Positions 36,082 to 47,603 of a stretch of DNA of 64,000 nt are shown piece after piece. The stretch is from assembly GCA_002478275.1 (NCBI GenBank), contig DLMY01000031.1, positions 1 through 64,000 on the forward strand, read 5' to 3'. Within the stretch, counting starts at the first letter, position 1. Each line of letters starts with the position of its first letter. The notes below the pieces were generated by a model. That model was given only the letters and a program-made list of their open reading frames with translations. It made no database searches and was not told the DNA's origin. A program made the translations under genes and the position numbers. This DNA is from Actinobacteria bacterium UBA7524 (lineage in GTDB: Bacteria > Actinomycetota > Coriobacteriia > Anaerosomatales > UBA912).

Positions 36082-39000
36082 CTAGCCGTCAAGAGCCCGC
36101 GCGTCGATGCGCCGCTTCACCCATTTCTCTATCTCGACCGCGACGAACACGACGCTCGACGCAGCGATCACGAACGCCAGCTCGCCTGCAGACAGCGCTT
36201 GGGTACGAAAGACCGGGTGCAAGAAAGGCACGTACACGGTGGCGAGCTGGAGGACGACTGTGAGAGCCACGGCTCCCAACAAAGGCCGGTTGGAGAGCAG
36301 CCCCTGCCGGAACAGCGACTCCCTGTCCGACCTCACGGCCAGCGCGTGCCCCATCTGACTGAAGCACAACACCGAGAACACCATCGTCTGCCACCGGGGA
36401 TGGTCCATCGCCATCGCGCCTGCCTGTGTCACGAGAGAGGCCGCGCCCATCAGAAGGCCGACCCACACCAGATGTACCGCCAGCCCGTCGGCGAAGATGC
36501 TCTCCTTCGGCGGCCTCGGAGGCCGCTTCATGATCCCCTTCTCGTGAGGCTCGGCCGCCAGCGCCAGTCCTGGCAGACCGTCGGTCACCAGGTTGATCCA
36601 AAGTATATGTATCGGCAGCAGCGGAACCGGCATCCCCAGCAAGGGCGCGAGCAGGATGGTCCATATCTCGCCGGAGTTGCTTGTCATCGTGTACTTGATG
36701 AACTTGCGGATGTTGTCGAAGATCCGCCGCCCTTCGCGGACGGACCCCACGATCGAGGCGAAGTTGTCGTCGAGCAGCACCATGTCGGCAGCCTCTTTCG
36801 CGACATCGGTGCCGGTCACGCCCATGGCGACGCCGATGTCGGCNNNNNNNNNNNNNNNNNNNNNNNNNNNNNNNNNNNNNNNNNNNNNNNNNNNNNNNNN
36901 NNNNNNNNNNNNNNNNNNNNNNNNNNNNNNNNNNNNNNNNNNNNNNNNNNNNNNNNNNNNNNNNNNNNNNNNNNNNNCCTTTGTCCTGCAGGGCTTCGAC
37001 GATCTTGAGTTTCTGCTCGGGCGCCACCCGCGCGTAGACGCGCACGTCTTCGACGCGTCGCTCGAAGCGCTCAAGCGTGAGCTCGTCAAGCTCGACGCCG
37101 GTCATCATCTCCGCGGGGTCCGAGGCGATTCCCAGGCGACTCGCGATGGCCAACGCCGTCGCGGGGTGATCGCCGGTGATCATCACNNNNNNNNNNNNNN
37201 NNNNNNNNNNNNNNNNNNNNNNNNNNNNNNNNNNNNNNNNNNNNNNNNNNNNNNNNNNNNNNNNNNNNNNNNNNNNNNNNNNNNNNNNNNNNNNNNNNNN
37301 NNNNNNNNNNNNNNNNNNNNNNNNNNNNNNNNNNNNNNNNNNNNNNNNNNNNNNNNNNNNTCCGCCGCCTCGGGCCGCGGCGGATCGACCAGCCCCGTCA
37401 TGCCGATCAGCGTCATGTCGCGCTCGATATGCTCGGCGTCCTCCTCGGCGGGCAGCTCGTCGAAGTGCTTGATGCCGAACGCGAGCACACGCAAGCCTTG
37501 TGCGGACCACTCATCCACCTGTGCCGCCAGGGCCTTGCGATCGATCGCCGAGGACTCCCCGCCGCGCTCCATCACCGCTACCGAGCGCGCCATGACCTCC
37601 TCGGCGGCGCCTTTCGTGAACGAGATGTAGCCTCCGTCCGGGAGTGCATGCACGGTGGTCATGAGCTTGCGCTCGGAATCGAACGGGAGCTCGAATGCGC
37701 GTGGGTGGCTGGCTTCGAGCTCATCCCCGAGGTACCCTGCGTCCGCGGCTGCCACGTACAGCGCTACCTCGGTCGGATCGCCCACCAGTTCATGCTCGCC
37801 TTCCGGGTCGCCGGTCACATCGTTCGAGAGCGCCATCGCCATGCCGAGGAGATCGGCCGCTCCAGCAGCCGGCGCTTCACCGCGTGGCTCGACCCCGTCG
37901 GACCCGCCTGCGCTCACGACCTCCACGATCATGCGGTTGAGCGTGAGTGTGCCGGTCTTGTCGGTGCAGANNNNNNNNNNNNNNNNNNNNNNNNNNNNNN
38001 NNNNNNNNNNNNNNNNNNNNNNNNNNNNNNNNNNNNNNNNNNNNNNNNNNNNNNNNNNNNNNNNNNNNNNNNNNNNNNNNNNNNNNNNNNNNNNNNNNNN
38101 NNNNNNNNNNGTGAGCGTGCCGGTCTTGTCGGTGCAGATGAACGTCACCGAGCCGAGGGTCTCCACTGCTGGCAGCCTTCTTACCAGCGTGTGCGTCTTG
38201 ACGAGCCTGCGAGCGCCGATCGCCAGTGTGACCGTCGCCACGGCAGGCAGCGCCTCGGGCACGGCGGCCACCGCCAGACTCACCGCGGTCAGGAACATCA
38301 CGAACGGGTCTTCGCCGCGCAACACGCCGACCGCGAACACCACACCACAAAGCCCGATAGCGGCGTACCCCAGCCCTCTGCCGAACTGCGCAAGCCGCTT
38401 CTGCAACGGGGTCTTCGTATCCCCCGTATCATCGAGCAGCCCGGCGATGCGACCGAGTTCTGTCCCAAGCCCGGTCGCGACAACGACTCCGACGCCTCTG
38501 CCGTGCACGACCTGGGTCCCCCGGTACGCCATGTTCAGCCGGTCACCGAGAGGCGCCCCGCTCGCGATCTCCACACGCGCGTCTTTCTCGACCGGCACGG
38601 ACTCCCCGGTCAGCGCCGCCTCGGCGACGCGCAGACGCGCGGTCTCGACGAGTCGCAGGTCCGAAGGTATCACCCGGCCCGCCTCCAGGAGCACGATATC
38701 TCCAGGCACGAGCGCTGCGGCATCGATCTCGCAGGTCTTACCGTCGCGTCTAACCGTCGCAGTCTCGGCGGCCATCCTGCGCAGTGCCTCCATCGCGCGT
38801 TGCGCACGAAACTCCTGCACCACACCGATCACCGCGTTGAGCACGATGATGACCGCGATCGCGATGGTGTCGACGACCTCGCCAAGCGCCGCCGAGATGG
38901 CGGCGGCTCCCAGCAGCAGCAGGATCAGGAAGTCCTTGAACTGGTCGAACAGCATCATCGCGATGCTGCGCTGCTTTGCCACGGGGAGCTCATTCGGACC

Positions 39001-39156
39001 GAAGCGTTCAAGACGCGAGGCCGCTTCTGCGCCCGTCAGCCCCTCCGCCGCCGTGGAGCCCAGTGACCCCAGCACGCTATCACCTGACAGCGTGTGCGCC
39101 AAACCCGCGTCGAGCAGCATCGTCTCGGCCCCGCCGCTCGCGTGATGATCGCCCAC
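36082..39156 (-). CDS. P-type II cation (Ca2+-like) ATPase (three assembly gaps)
   Basis: [45 protein letters not shown]. Confidence 0.92.
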
Positions 39157-39378
39157 TTCGCCTCCCGCGTCCTTTGCGTCGATGAACTCTGCTGTCGCGA
39201 CTCTCGTCGCAGATGGTAGCGCGAAAACCACGTCTGCGCGACGCAGGGCGTCCGCAGATCCGACCGTGCAGCCCGTTGCCACTCGTCGAGCAATGTAGCC
39301 CGTTGGTCTGTGCATTCGTTTGCCTATCGGCCTTTCCATGCCGATAATCGGACTCAGCCCTTCTCGAAAGGATCATGC

Positions 39379-41499
39379 GTGGATGGCAGGACGACGACAG
39401 CATGGCGCTGGCTGAGTGATCTGTTGCCCGCGACCCTCCAATCGCGCCTGGCACTGACCGTCCTGCTCGCCATCATCGCGGTCATGTCGGTCGCAGCAGG
39501 TTCCTACCAGCTTGCAACCATGGCCGCCCTGCCCGGACACGCCGAGGAAGAAGCCACCGAAGCGCTTTCCCTCGTCGCTCATGAGCTCCAGTCCCAGATG
39601 AGGATTCTGGAAGCCGCCGTCGTTCTGCCGAAGACTTCGCCGAGACTGCGAGAGCTTGCCGCGGCTTCGCAGCCACCTGATGAGGCGACGGCCGGCCAGC
39701 TTCAGGAACTCGTGGGGCGCTCGCGAGTCTCTGCCCTGGTGCTGATCGATCGAGAAGGTACCCTGCTCTACGGTATCGGCGACGACACGGCGGTCGAGGA
39801 CCTTGCCCACTTCGCGTCTCTGCCAGTACCCCTGGAAGTGAGCCGCAGCGGGTTCGCGTCAGTCGGGGGTCGGCCATCGCTCGTGGTCATGCGTCCCGTC
39901 TCGGGTTCCGAGCCGCTGCCCGGAACAGGAACCGTCCTTCTGGCCAGCCCGATCGACCTGTCTGGCACACGGATGTCCGCGCGCCTGGACTCCGACCCCT
40001 CCACGCCCACGGGACGCCCCGGAACGGTTCCCGTCTTCGACCCATACTTCGGCGTCAGCCATGTGGAAGCCAAGGGCTCCTCATTCGAGGCGCGTACGGA
40101 CCTCGCCGCTATCGACGGACGCTATGTCTCGACCCTCATCATCGAGGCTCCGTACTCCGAGGGTCCACTGGCTGCAAGCCCGGCCGTCACACTACTCGCG
40201 ACACTCGTGATCGCGGTTCTCGTCAGCACGCTCGTAGGGCTCCTGCTCTCACGAGCGATCGGCTCTGCGATCTCGACGTTCACCACGCATATGCGACGGG
40301 AAGCAGAGGCTGCGCTCGAGGGCAGGGCTTTCTCCCGCGTGCCGGAGACACGGTGGTTGCCGCTGGAATTCCGCGCCCTGGCGACGTCGTTCAACACGAT
40401 GCTCGACCGCTTCGAGACTCACGAGGAAAGACTCGCCAACGCGATGCAGGAAGCACTCGACGCGAAGACAGCGCTCGACACCGCGTTCACCGAGTCGCCC
40501 GAAGGCAAGATCCTGCTTTCCGACTGCGTCATCGAACTCCTCAACCCGGCGGCGGCGATGCATCTTCTCACCAGTCCTCCGGTCGCCGTCGGCCTGTCTT
40601 TCGAAGAGGCGGTGGCGCACCTCACGTTCATGGACGAACGCGAGCGTCCGGTCACGGTCGGGGAGATTCTCGCGCGAGCCGCGGGTAAGGGGATCCTGAC
40701 CGGCGTGACCGCTCCGGACCGCACGATTCGCTGGCTCTTGGTCCATTCGAATTCCAGCGACTGCACCGCGGGCACCGCACTCATCAGCACCCGAGACATG
40801 ACAGAGGAGCGACGCATCAATTCGCTGCGCACCGAGATAGTGTCGCTGGTCTCGCACGACCTGCGAAACCCGCTGACCGTCATCAACGGATACCTCGGCA
40901 TACTCTCCGGGGATCCCGGTCCCGATGTGGCTGCCCGGGCGATCGAAGCCGCTCAGCGATCGGTCTCGCGCATGCAGGACCTCCTTGAAGACCTGCTGTC
41001 CGTCGCTCGTGCCGAGGAGGTCTTCGCCCCTGCCGAGATGGTACCGGTGGACATGTCGGCGCTATCGGATGATGTGTGCGCCTCGATGAAGCACCTGTCG
41101 AATCACGACCTGACCAGCGACTGGAATGGCCTTTCAACCGTACTCGGCGAGGAACGCCGCTTGCGCCAGGCTCTTGTCAACCTCATCAACAACGCGCTGA
41201 AGCACACGCCTCCGGACACGCTCGTGACGATCAGCGGCGGCGGTGACGGTTCCTCTGTGACGATCGAGATCGAGGATGAGGGTCCGGGTGTTCCCGACAT
41301 CGACCGTGAGGTCATCTTCGAGAGATACACCCGTTTGCCCTCGGGTGAGGCCAGGCGTGGCGGAATCGGGCTCGGACTCTACATCGTACGAACGATCATC
41401 GAGAGCCACGGTGGGAGTGTCTGCGTGAAGGAGGGCGAACGGGCCGGGGGAGCGTGTTTCGTCGTAACCCTTCCGTCAGCCACCGAGAGGCAGGACTGA
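39379..41499 (+). CDS. Membrane sensor histidine kinase (extracellular sensor, HAMP, PAS-like)
   Basis: SHDLRNPL, NLINNA, DEGPG, GIGLGL; no response regulator nearby. Confidence 0.9.
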   Translation: MDGRTTTAWRWLSDLLPATLQSRLALTVLLAIIAVMSVAAGSYQLATMAALPGHAEEEATEALSLVAHELQSQMRILEAAVVLPKTSPRLRELAAASQPPDEATAGQLQELVGRSRVSALVLIDREGTLLYGIGDDTAVEDLAHFASLPVPLEVSRSGFASVGGRPSLVVMRPVSGSEPLPGTGTVLLASPIDLSGTRMSARLDSDPSTPTGRPGTVPVFDPYFGVSHVEAKGSSFEARTDLAAIDGRYVSTLIIEAPYSEGPLAASPAVTLLATLVIAVLVSTLVGLLLSRAIGSAISTFTTHMRREAEAALEGRAFSRVPETRWLPLEFRALATSFNTMLDRFETHEERLANAMQEALDAKTALDTAFTESPEGKILLSDCVIELLNPAAAMHLLTSPPVAVGLSFEEAVAHLTFMDERERPVTVGEILARAAGKGILTGVTAPDRTIRWLLVHSNSSDCTAGTALISTRDMTEERRINSLRTEIVSLVSHDLRNPLTVINGYLGILSGDPGPDVAARAIEAAQRSVSRMQDLLEDLLSVARAEEVFAPAEMVPVDMSALSDDVCASMKHLSNHDLTSDWNGLSTVLGEERRLRQALVNLINNALKHTPPDTLVTISGGGDGSSVTIEIEDEGPGVPDIDREVIFERYTRLPSGEARRGGIGLGLYIVRTIIESHGGSVCVKEGERAGGACFVVTLPSATERQD

Positions 41500-42447
41500 C
41501 CGGTCCTCCAGGGCCAGGTCCACCAACATGCAGCACAGTCTCGGGAAGTCGATGCCTGCTGCCTGAGCCGCATCAGGAAGTAGGCTCGTCTTGGTCATCC
41601 CAGGGATGGTGTTCGTCTCGAGCAGGTAGACATCCCCCTCGGCCGTGACGATCGTGTCCGCGCGGGACATGCCCCTGCACCCGAGCAGCCGGTGCGCTGC
41701 CAGGGCGAGGCGCACGCACTCCTCGCGCACTTCCTCGTTCACGCGTGCGGGTATGATGTGGCGACTCATCCCGGGAACGTATTTGGACTCGTAATCGTAG
41801 AACTCATGTTCCGGGACTACTTCCAGCGTGGGAAGTGCGAAGGGCTCATCGTTGCCGAGAACGCCGACCGTTACCTCGGTCCCGGCAACGAAGCTCTCAA
41901 CGAGAACAAGTGCGTCAAAACTGAAGGCCTCTTCGATGGCATCGGGTAGTTCGGACGGGTCATGGGCGATGGTGACACCGATCGCCGAACCTTCGTTAGC
42001 AGGCTTGACGACGGTCTTCGACCCGAGTTCCCTGGTGATCTCATCCACATCGTAGACTTCCCCGCGACGCAAAGCGCGGAACGGCGGCGTGGCGATGCCT
42101 GTCTGCGCGAACACGTGCTTGGACATGACCTTGTCGAGAGCCACGGCGCTGGACAATACCCCGGACCCTACGTACGGCAAGTCGAGTAGCTCGAGCAAAC
42201 CCTGGACGGTGCCGTCTTCGCCGAACCGACCGTGCAGACAGATGAACACCACATCGGGTTTGGCCTCGATGATCCGGTTGATGAAATCCGGAAGACCGGA
42301 GTCCACCTCGATCACTTCGTGTCCGCATTCCGCCAGGGCAGCAGCGACCTGGGCGCCCGTGTTCAGCGAAACCTCGCGCTCTGCGGATCGTCCACCCTTG
42401 AGTACCAGCACCCGTCGCCGGGTTGCGACTTCCTCTCGTTCGCCCAT
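41476..42447 (-). CDS. ddl: D-alanine--D-alanine ligase
   Basis: GGRSAEREVSL, LHGRFGEDG, GSAIG, YDYESKY, ETNTIPG. Confidence 0.96.
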   Translation of the reverse strand: MGEREEVATRRRVLVLKGGRSAEREVSLNTGAQVAAALAECGHEVIEVDSGLPDFINRIIEAKPDVVFICLHGRFGEDGTVQGLLELLDLPYVGSGVLSSAVALDKVMSKHVFAQTGIATPPFRALRRGEVYDVDEITRELGSKTVVKPANEGSAIGVTIAHDPSELPDAIEEAFSFDALVLVESFVAGTEVTVGVLGNDEPFALPTLEVVPEHEFYDYESKYVPGMSRHIIPARVNEEVREECVRLALAAHRLLGCRGMSRADTIVTAEGDVYLLETNTIPGMTKTSLLPDAAQAAGIDFPRLCCMLVDLALEDRSVLPLGG

Positions 42448-42487
42448 ATCGACCTCCCGGTCACCAGCCGCCCCTGCCCCCTGATCA

Positions 42488-43102
42488 CTACAGACGGCCG
42501 AGTCTCCATGCATCGATCGCGTTCAAAGTGACCCACCACACGACCACCCCGATAAGAGTGACTGCAGCGGATCGTATGAACGAGGTGGTGAGCAGTCCTC
42601 CCCGGGCGTGAGCCGCAACACGAGTACGTACGACGGCCCAGACCGTGAGAGCCATCACCAGACCCATGACGGTCAGGATCAGACCCGCGATGACGATCCA
42701 AACGTACTCCGGCCGCTCGACCGAGGCCGGGTCCCTGCTCATCGTCAGAAGCCAGGCGGTGACACCTGACAGCGTGAACCACAAGAATATGTGCAGGAGG
42801 TATGGCCACCAGGGGACGGGGCGGAGTCTCGCCGGAGGCGCTGCCTCATCTGCGGGCTCATCTGCGGGCTCATCTGCGGGCTCATCTGCGGGCTCATCTG
42901 CGGGCTCATCGCTGATAGGCTCCTCGGAGGTGGGCGCGTCGGTCACGGATGCATCAGCTGCAGGCTCAGAGGTTTCCTCGGCATCGATGTCGCCGTCCGT
43001 CTCTGGCTCTTCGGTCGGGACCTCATCGGGCTCCGCCAGGGGCTCGACGGAGACCTCTGTGGGCGTTTCCTCATGTCCGGGTTCGTACGGTTCCATATGC
43101 AT
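42488..43102 (-). CDS. Hypothetical membrane protein with acidic disordered N-terminus
   Basis: E/D/P-rich N-terminus, three C-terminal TMs. Confidence 0.7.
   Translation of the reverse strand: MHMEPYEPGHEETPTEVSVEPLAEPDEVPTEEPETDGDIDAEETSEPAADASVTDAPTSEEPISDEPADEPADEPADEPADEPADEAAPPARLRPVPWWPYLLHIFLWFTLSGVTAWLLTMSRDPASVERPEYVWIVIAGLILTVMGLVMALTVWAVVRTRVAAHARGGLLTTSFIRSAAVTLIGVVVWWVTLNAIDAWRLGRL
42845..42910. repeat. 12-bp tandem repeat x5.5 (encodes DEPA)
   Basis: CTCATCTGCGGG repeated perfectly. Confidence 0.95.
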
Positions 43103-43175
43103 CTTCCTGGTCGGGTGCTGCTGGCAGTCTACGCGAGGTGGTGCGACGGGCTCAACCATCGGTCGACCGTGTGGA

Positions 43176-44654
43176 TCACGTAGGAGGGTTGTTCCCTCCC
43201 CGCAACCAGGACACCGAGGCGCCGAACAATGCGATGCCGGCCGCTATGACCAGGGCGGGCCTCATCGCCCCGATGAACTGAACGCCTTGCGCCGGCGTGA
43301 GCGTCCCTCCGACGGGCAACCGCTCGCCTGCCATCTGGTAGGACATGACCGCAGCCGTGAGCGCGATGCCGAGCGTCATGCCGAGGCTACGCGCCTCTCC
43401 GACGAGCGCAGACCCCACGCCGACCCTGTTCAGCGGCGTCGCCTTCAGGATCGCGGAGGTGTTCGGGGCCTGGAACACGCTCAACCCCGCACCGACAACG
43501 AAGAGAAGTGCCGTGATGAGCGCTGGCGAGGTCGTCAATGACGCCGCTGTCAGACCGAAGATCGCTGCGGCCAGCAGCATCAGGCCGGTGGTGGTGAGTC
43601 CTCGGCTACCCCATCGGTCCGACGCCCGACCCGCCAGCGGCGAGAAGACCGCCATGGCCAAAGGAGTTGCCGTCAGCATCGCTCCAACGCTCTGCGACGG
43701 GATACCTCGCACGGACAACAAGTAGAAAGGCATGCTGAACGTGATCGCAAACAACGCCATGTAGCTGCTCATCGCCGCGATGACCCCGGCCCTGAGCTCC
43801 ACTATCCGAAACAGCGACAGGTCGAGCATCGGGTAGGGGTGACGCCGCTCTATCCTCACGAACAACCAGGATCCCGCAAGCGAGAGGGCGATTGGACCAA
43901 CGACTCCACGCGCGAACAACTCACCACTTCTCACCCCGCCGAGTCCCACCAGTAGAGCCGTGAGTGATATCGCCGCCACCAAAGCTCCAGCGAGGTCGAA
44001 GGGCTCGGATACAGGGCAGTCCTCGGGAAGCATCCACCAGCCGCCCGCAGCGATGAGCAGTGCGAATGGGACGTTGACCAGGAACACCGACGGCCAGCCG
44101 AATGCGGCCAGCAGAACGCCGCCGAGGGCCGGGCCGACTGTCAACCCTGCGGAAACGGACAGGGAGATCCAACCCAATGCCCAGCCACGGCGGTTCGCGG
44201 GAAACGCGTGCATCACAAGGGCGGGGCCTGCTGCGAACATCATCGACGCCCCAACCGCCTGCACGACCCGGCCGACAACGAGCACCGCAAGCGACCCGGC
44301 CAACGCACACGCCAGAGAGGCGAGCCCGAACACCACGAAACCCGCGACGTAGACACGCCTCAAACCCCAGATGTCCCCAAGCCTTCCCATGACGAGAACC
44401 AGTGCCGCCGTGGCCAGCAAGTATGAAGTGGCGACCCATCCGATCCCGGTCAGGCCAACATCGAATCGCTCAGCCATCGAGGGTAAGGCGATGTTGACGA
44501 TGCTGGAGCTCAAAGGAGCAAGAAACGTCCCTGCCACGAGTGTCACGAGTACGACTCTAGGGTCAGGAGGTTCCTTGCACGACTCTTCGGGGCGCGAGGA
44601 CAAGGCGTGTATCCTACCATCTCTGCGATGTGGGGCTTTCGTGCATTTTCCCAT
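43176..44654 (-). CDS. DHA2-family (14-TM) MFS efflux transporter; start uncertain
   Basis: SIVNIALP, GRLGDIWG, GPALGG, WPSVFLVNVP. Confidence 0.88.
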   Translation of the reverse strand: MGKCTKAPHRRDGRIHALSSRPEESCKEPPDPRVVLVTLVAGTFLAPLSSSIVNIALPSMAERFDVGLTGIGWVATSYLLATAALVLVMGRLGDIWGLRRVYVAGFVVFGLASLACALAGSLAVLVVGRVVQAVGASMMFAAGPALVMHAFPANRRGWALGWISLSVSAGLTVGPALGGVLLAAFGWPSVFLVNVPFALLIAAGGWWMLPEDCPVSEPFDLAGALVAAISLTALLVGLGGVRSGELFARGVVGPIALSLAGSWLFVRIERRHPYPMLDLSLFRIVELRAGVIAAMSSYMALFAITFSMPFYLLSVRGIPSQSVGAMLTATPLAMAVFSPLAGRASDRWGSRGLTTTGLMLLAAAIFGLTAASLTTSPALITALLFVVGAGLSVFQAPNTSAILKATPLNRVGVGSALVGEARSLGMTLGIALTAAVMSYQMAGERLPVGGTLTPAQGVQFIGAMRPALVIAAGIALFGASVSWLRGGNNPPT

Positions 44655-44737
44655 ATCAGGGTCGGCCTGGGGCCGACACACGCGTAAGATTGTCGAGTAT
44701 GCTCGAAGTGGACGACGAGAAGCTCAAGAGGTGAACC

Positions 44738-46069
44738 ATGACGGACGCGGAAAACTCCCGCATCTCGCTGGAGAACAGCGACGGCGCAGTCGCGGCACCG
44801 CAGACCGAGAGCGCAGCTCCGCCCGAGGCTCCGGTAGATGCACCGCTCCCGCCGGAGCCTGCCGCTCCTGCAGGTATGCGCGCCGGAGCCGTGGTCACGC
44901 TCGCCCTTACCGCTTCCCTTGTCGCCGGAACCATCGCCGGCTTCGGAGCCGGGCTTGCCGGGGCCTGGTTCGTCACACACACCGGCGGCGGCTCGTCCGG
45001 TCCGGCCACGGTGCGCGTCATCCCTGCCGAGACCGACGAGCCGGCGGTCGCCGCAGCCCTTGCCGCGGTCCCGAGCGTCGTCAACGTCGAGGTCACTGGC
45101 GGCACGCCCGACGAGGACGAATCCCTGCCGCAAGGTCATCCGGGAGTCCCCAGGAGCGGTAACGGCTCCGGTGTCGCGTTCCGACATGCAGACGATGGAG
45201 GGACGTTCATACTGACGAACAACCATGTAGTGGAAGACGCTGAACTCATCGTAGTGACGAACTCCGAGGGAGAACGGTCTCGCGGTACCGTGATCGGTGC
45301 CGACCCGGAGAGCGACATCGCCGTGGTGAGAGTCGATCCCGAACTGCCCCTGATCGAACTCGGCAAGTCCGCAGAACTCCAGGTCGGACAGCTCGTTGTC
45401 GCGATCGGCTCTCCATTCGGCCTGAGCCAGTCGGTCAGTTCAGGTGTGGTCTCGGCTATCGGGCGTTCCTTGACCCAGTCGCTGAGCGAGCGTCCCGGCG
45501 TCTACCCTCTGGTCGATGTCATCCAGACCGATGCCGCAATCAACCCGGGCAACTCGGGAGGGGCACTCGTGGACCGCGACGGACGCCTGGTCGGCATAAA
45601 CACCGCGATATTCACAGAAACCGGCGTCAACGACGGCATCGGTTTCGCCATCCCGATAGACAACGCCCTGCGGGTCGCCGACTCGCTCATCGAGAGCGGG
45701 GACGTCGAGCATCCGTTCCTGGGTATCGTCGGGCGTGGCGTGGACGCCGCCTTCGCCGAGACCGAGGACCTGCCCGTAACCGAAGGCGCGTACGTGATCG
45801 AAGTCGCCGCGGGGACCGAAGCCGAAGCTTCGGGAATCCGTACCGGTGACCTCATCGTCGGACTCGATGATGCGGCCATCAGGTCGATGGACGACCTCAT
45901 TCTCCAGGTCCGGCGCCATCTGGTCGGTGACTCTGTCACGTTGTCACTCTACCGCGACGGCGAACTCATCGAAGTCGAGATGAAGGTCGGCGCCAAACCC
46001 AAGGACTTCGAGTTGCCTTCCGAGGCGACCACGGTCCCGCCGCTTCCCGAAGGTCATCCCGGGGAGTGA
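44738..46069 (+). CDS. htrA: HtrA/DegP serine protease with PDZ domain
   Basis: TNNHVV, DIAV, QTDAAINPGNSGG, PDZ. Confidence 0.95.
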   Translation: MTDAENSRISLENSDGAVAAPQTESAAPPEAPVDAPLPPEPAAPAGMRAGAVVTLALTASLVAGTIAGFGAGLAGAWFVTHTGGGSSGPATVRVIPAETDEPAVAAALAAVPSVVNVEVTGGTPDEDESLPQGHPGVPRSGNGSGVAFRHADDGGTFILTNNHVVEDAELIVVTNSEGERSRGTVIGADPESDIAVVRVDPELPLIELGKSAELQVGQLVVAIGSPFGLSQSVSSGVVSAIGRSLTQSLSERPGVYPLVDVIQTDAAINPGNSGGALVDRDGRLVGINTAIFTETGVNDGIGFAIPIDNALRVADSLIESGDVEHPFLGIVGRGVDAAFAETEDLPVTEGAYVIEVAAGTEAEASGIRTGDLIVGLDDAAIRSMDDLILQVRRHLVGDSVTLSLYRDGELIEVEMKVGAKPKDFELPSEATTVPPLPEGHPGE

Positions 46070-46072
46070 GGC

Positions 46073-47428
46073 TCAGGCTCGGCCACCTCGTCTCCTCAAA
46101 ACGAACACGGTCCCGGCGGCTACGGCCAGAACGCCAAGCACGAGCCACGTGGTGGCGCCACCGAAGGAACCGCCTTCTTCATCGCCTGCTTCAGCTACCG
46201 CGGCTGCGGCTCTGGCCTCCTCGGTGGCAAAGACCGCTTTCGTGACCTGGGCCATGGTCGTTGTAGGAATATCCACTCCGGCTTTCTCGGCCATCTCCTC
46301 GGAACAGGAGCGATAGTACAGCGTTGCGGCGACCTCGACCTGATCGGACTCAGGCATCTGAAACTCGAAGGTGTCCGTGACGGACTCTCGGGGCGGAATC
46401 CTGTCGTCATGCTCTATCGCGACGGCATCCCAAAGCTCCACGGGCGAGTTGCCCTCCGCGTCGCGGAGAATCGTCTGGAACATGTGTTCCCCGAGGACTT
46501 CAGTCTGCCCGTCGGCCGTCGTCGCCGTGACTTCAAGCCACATCTCACGAACCTCGGTCAACCCTGTCGGCAGATAATGGCCGGCGCCCGAGTTGGTGAT
46601 GGTGACCTCGACATTCGCCGAGGAACCACGTTCCTGTATCTCCGCCACGTCGACTTCGACGGTGGCAGCGGCCTTCAGTCTCTCCTCGGCCAGGACCGCG
46701 TCCCCGAGTCCGACGTTGCCGCCCGCGAACGTCATCAGATAGATGTGCTCGCGCTGAGGACCTCCGCCAGCAGCCGTACCCGGATTGGGCTTGACGACCC
46801 CCGGGCCGGGAGTCATGTGACAGTCCTGGCAGACGATGCCCTCCTCGGCGTACGGGCCTTCCTTCCACTCGGTGTAGGTGGCCTCAAGATGCAAGCTCGG
46901 GTCACCGGGATGGTCGACGTTATGACACGCGCCACAGAACTCGGCGGTCTCGTGGAACTGTGAATAGGCGGTCGCGTGTACGGGGGACACCGCGTCGTCG
47001 AACTGAGCTCGCTTGGTGCCGTCGAGCTCCACTACCTGCGAGGTGTTACCGATCGGCGTCAACGTTCCCGTGACCTGGTGACAGAAGTCGCACGTCACTC
47101 CCTCACGACTCTGCGGTGAAGCGTTCTCCAGGTCGGCGATCTCGCCGCTCATCACGGCTACCTGCCCGTGACACGTGTCGCAGAAGATGCCGAGGGTCCC
47201 GTCGGTCGCCTTGTTCGCCTCATCCCGCTTGTAGATGTAGAGCGGGTCCGAAAGAGCCTTGGCGTGCATGGACTCACTCCACTGATCGACGAGCGCGGAG
47301 TGGCACCCGCACCCTGTGCTGGGCTGGAATCGATCCGCCGAGGCCTCAGGTAGTCCGACAGCGACTCCTGCGGTACCGGCAAATGCGATCACAGCCGTGA
47401 CCAGAACCATCATCGGCGACTTGCGCAT
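46073..47428 (-). CDS. Multiheme c-type cytochrome with C-terminal membrane anchor
   Basis: Signal peptide; CGCH plus CDTCH, CDFCH, CGACH, CQDCH; GHYLPTG; TM followed by RRR. Confidence 0.9.
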   Translation of the reverse strand: MRKSPMMVLVTAVIAFAGTAGVAVGLPEASADRFQPSTGCGCHSALVDQWSESMHAKALSDPLYIYKRDEANKATDGTLGIFCDTCHGQVAVMSGEIADLENASPQSREGVTCDFCHQVTGTLTPIGNTSQVVELDGTKRAQFDDAVSPVHATAYSQFHETAEFCGACHNVDHPGDPSLHLEATYTEWKEGPYAEEGIVCQDCHMTPGPGVVKPNPGTAAGGGPQREHIYLMTFAGGNVGLGDAVLAEERLKAAATVEVDVAEIQERGSSANVEVTITNSGAGHYLPTGLTEVREMWLEVTATTADGQTEVLGEHMFQTILRDAEGNSPVELWDAVAIEHDDRIPPRESVTDTFEFQMPESDQVEVAATLYYRSCSEEMAEKAGVDIPTTTMAQVTKAVFATEEARAAAAVAEAGDEEGGSFGGATTWLVLGVLAVAAGTVFVLRRRGGRA

Positions 47429-47603
47429 GGCTATCTCCGTCCCCCGCTGCAAATACATCGGTCATAATGTGCCTTATCGCATAGTAGCATCGCGACGTCG
47501 ATGCTAAGCAGATACCCCTTTGCGGGCTCCATCAATGGGAATACTCGTCAGAGGACGTCTGTCCCGATTCGGCGGGATCCGGGCGAAGAAAGGAGTGCGA
47601 CTG

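Noticed and set aside
36844..38110. Fragmented P-type ATPase with duplicated DKTGT
   Set aside because: Three N-gaps; the duplicate is a near-identical contig-end overlap.
39157..39340. Riboswitch (yybP-ykoY or c-di-GMP-I) in the P-type ATPase leader
   Set aside because: Small hairpins and GGCAAA/GACGCAAA words are present, but spacing and core consensus do not fit; would need cmscan.
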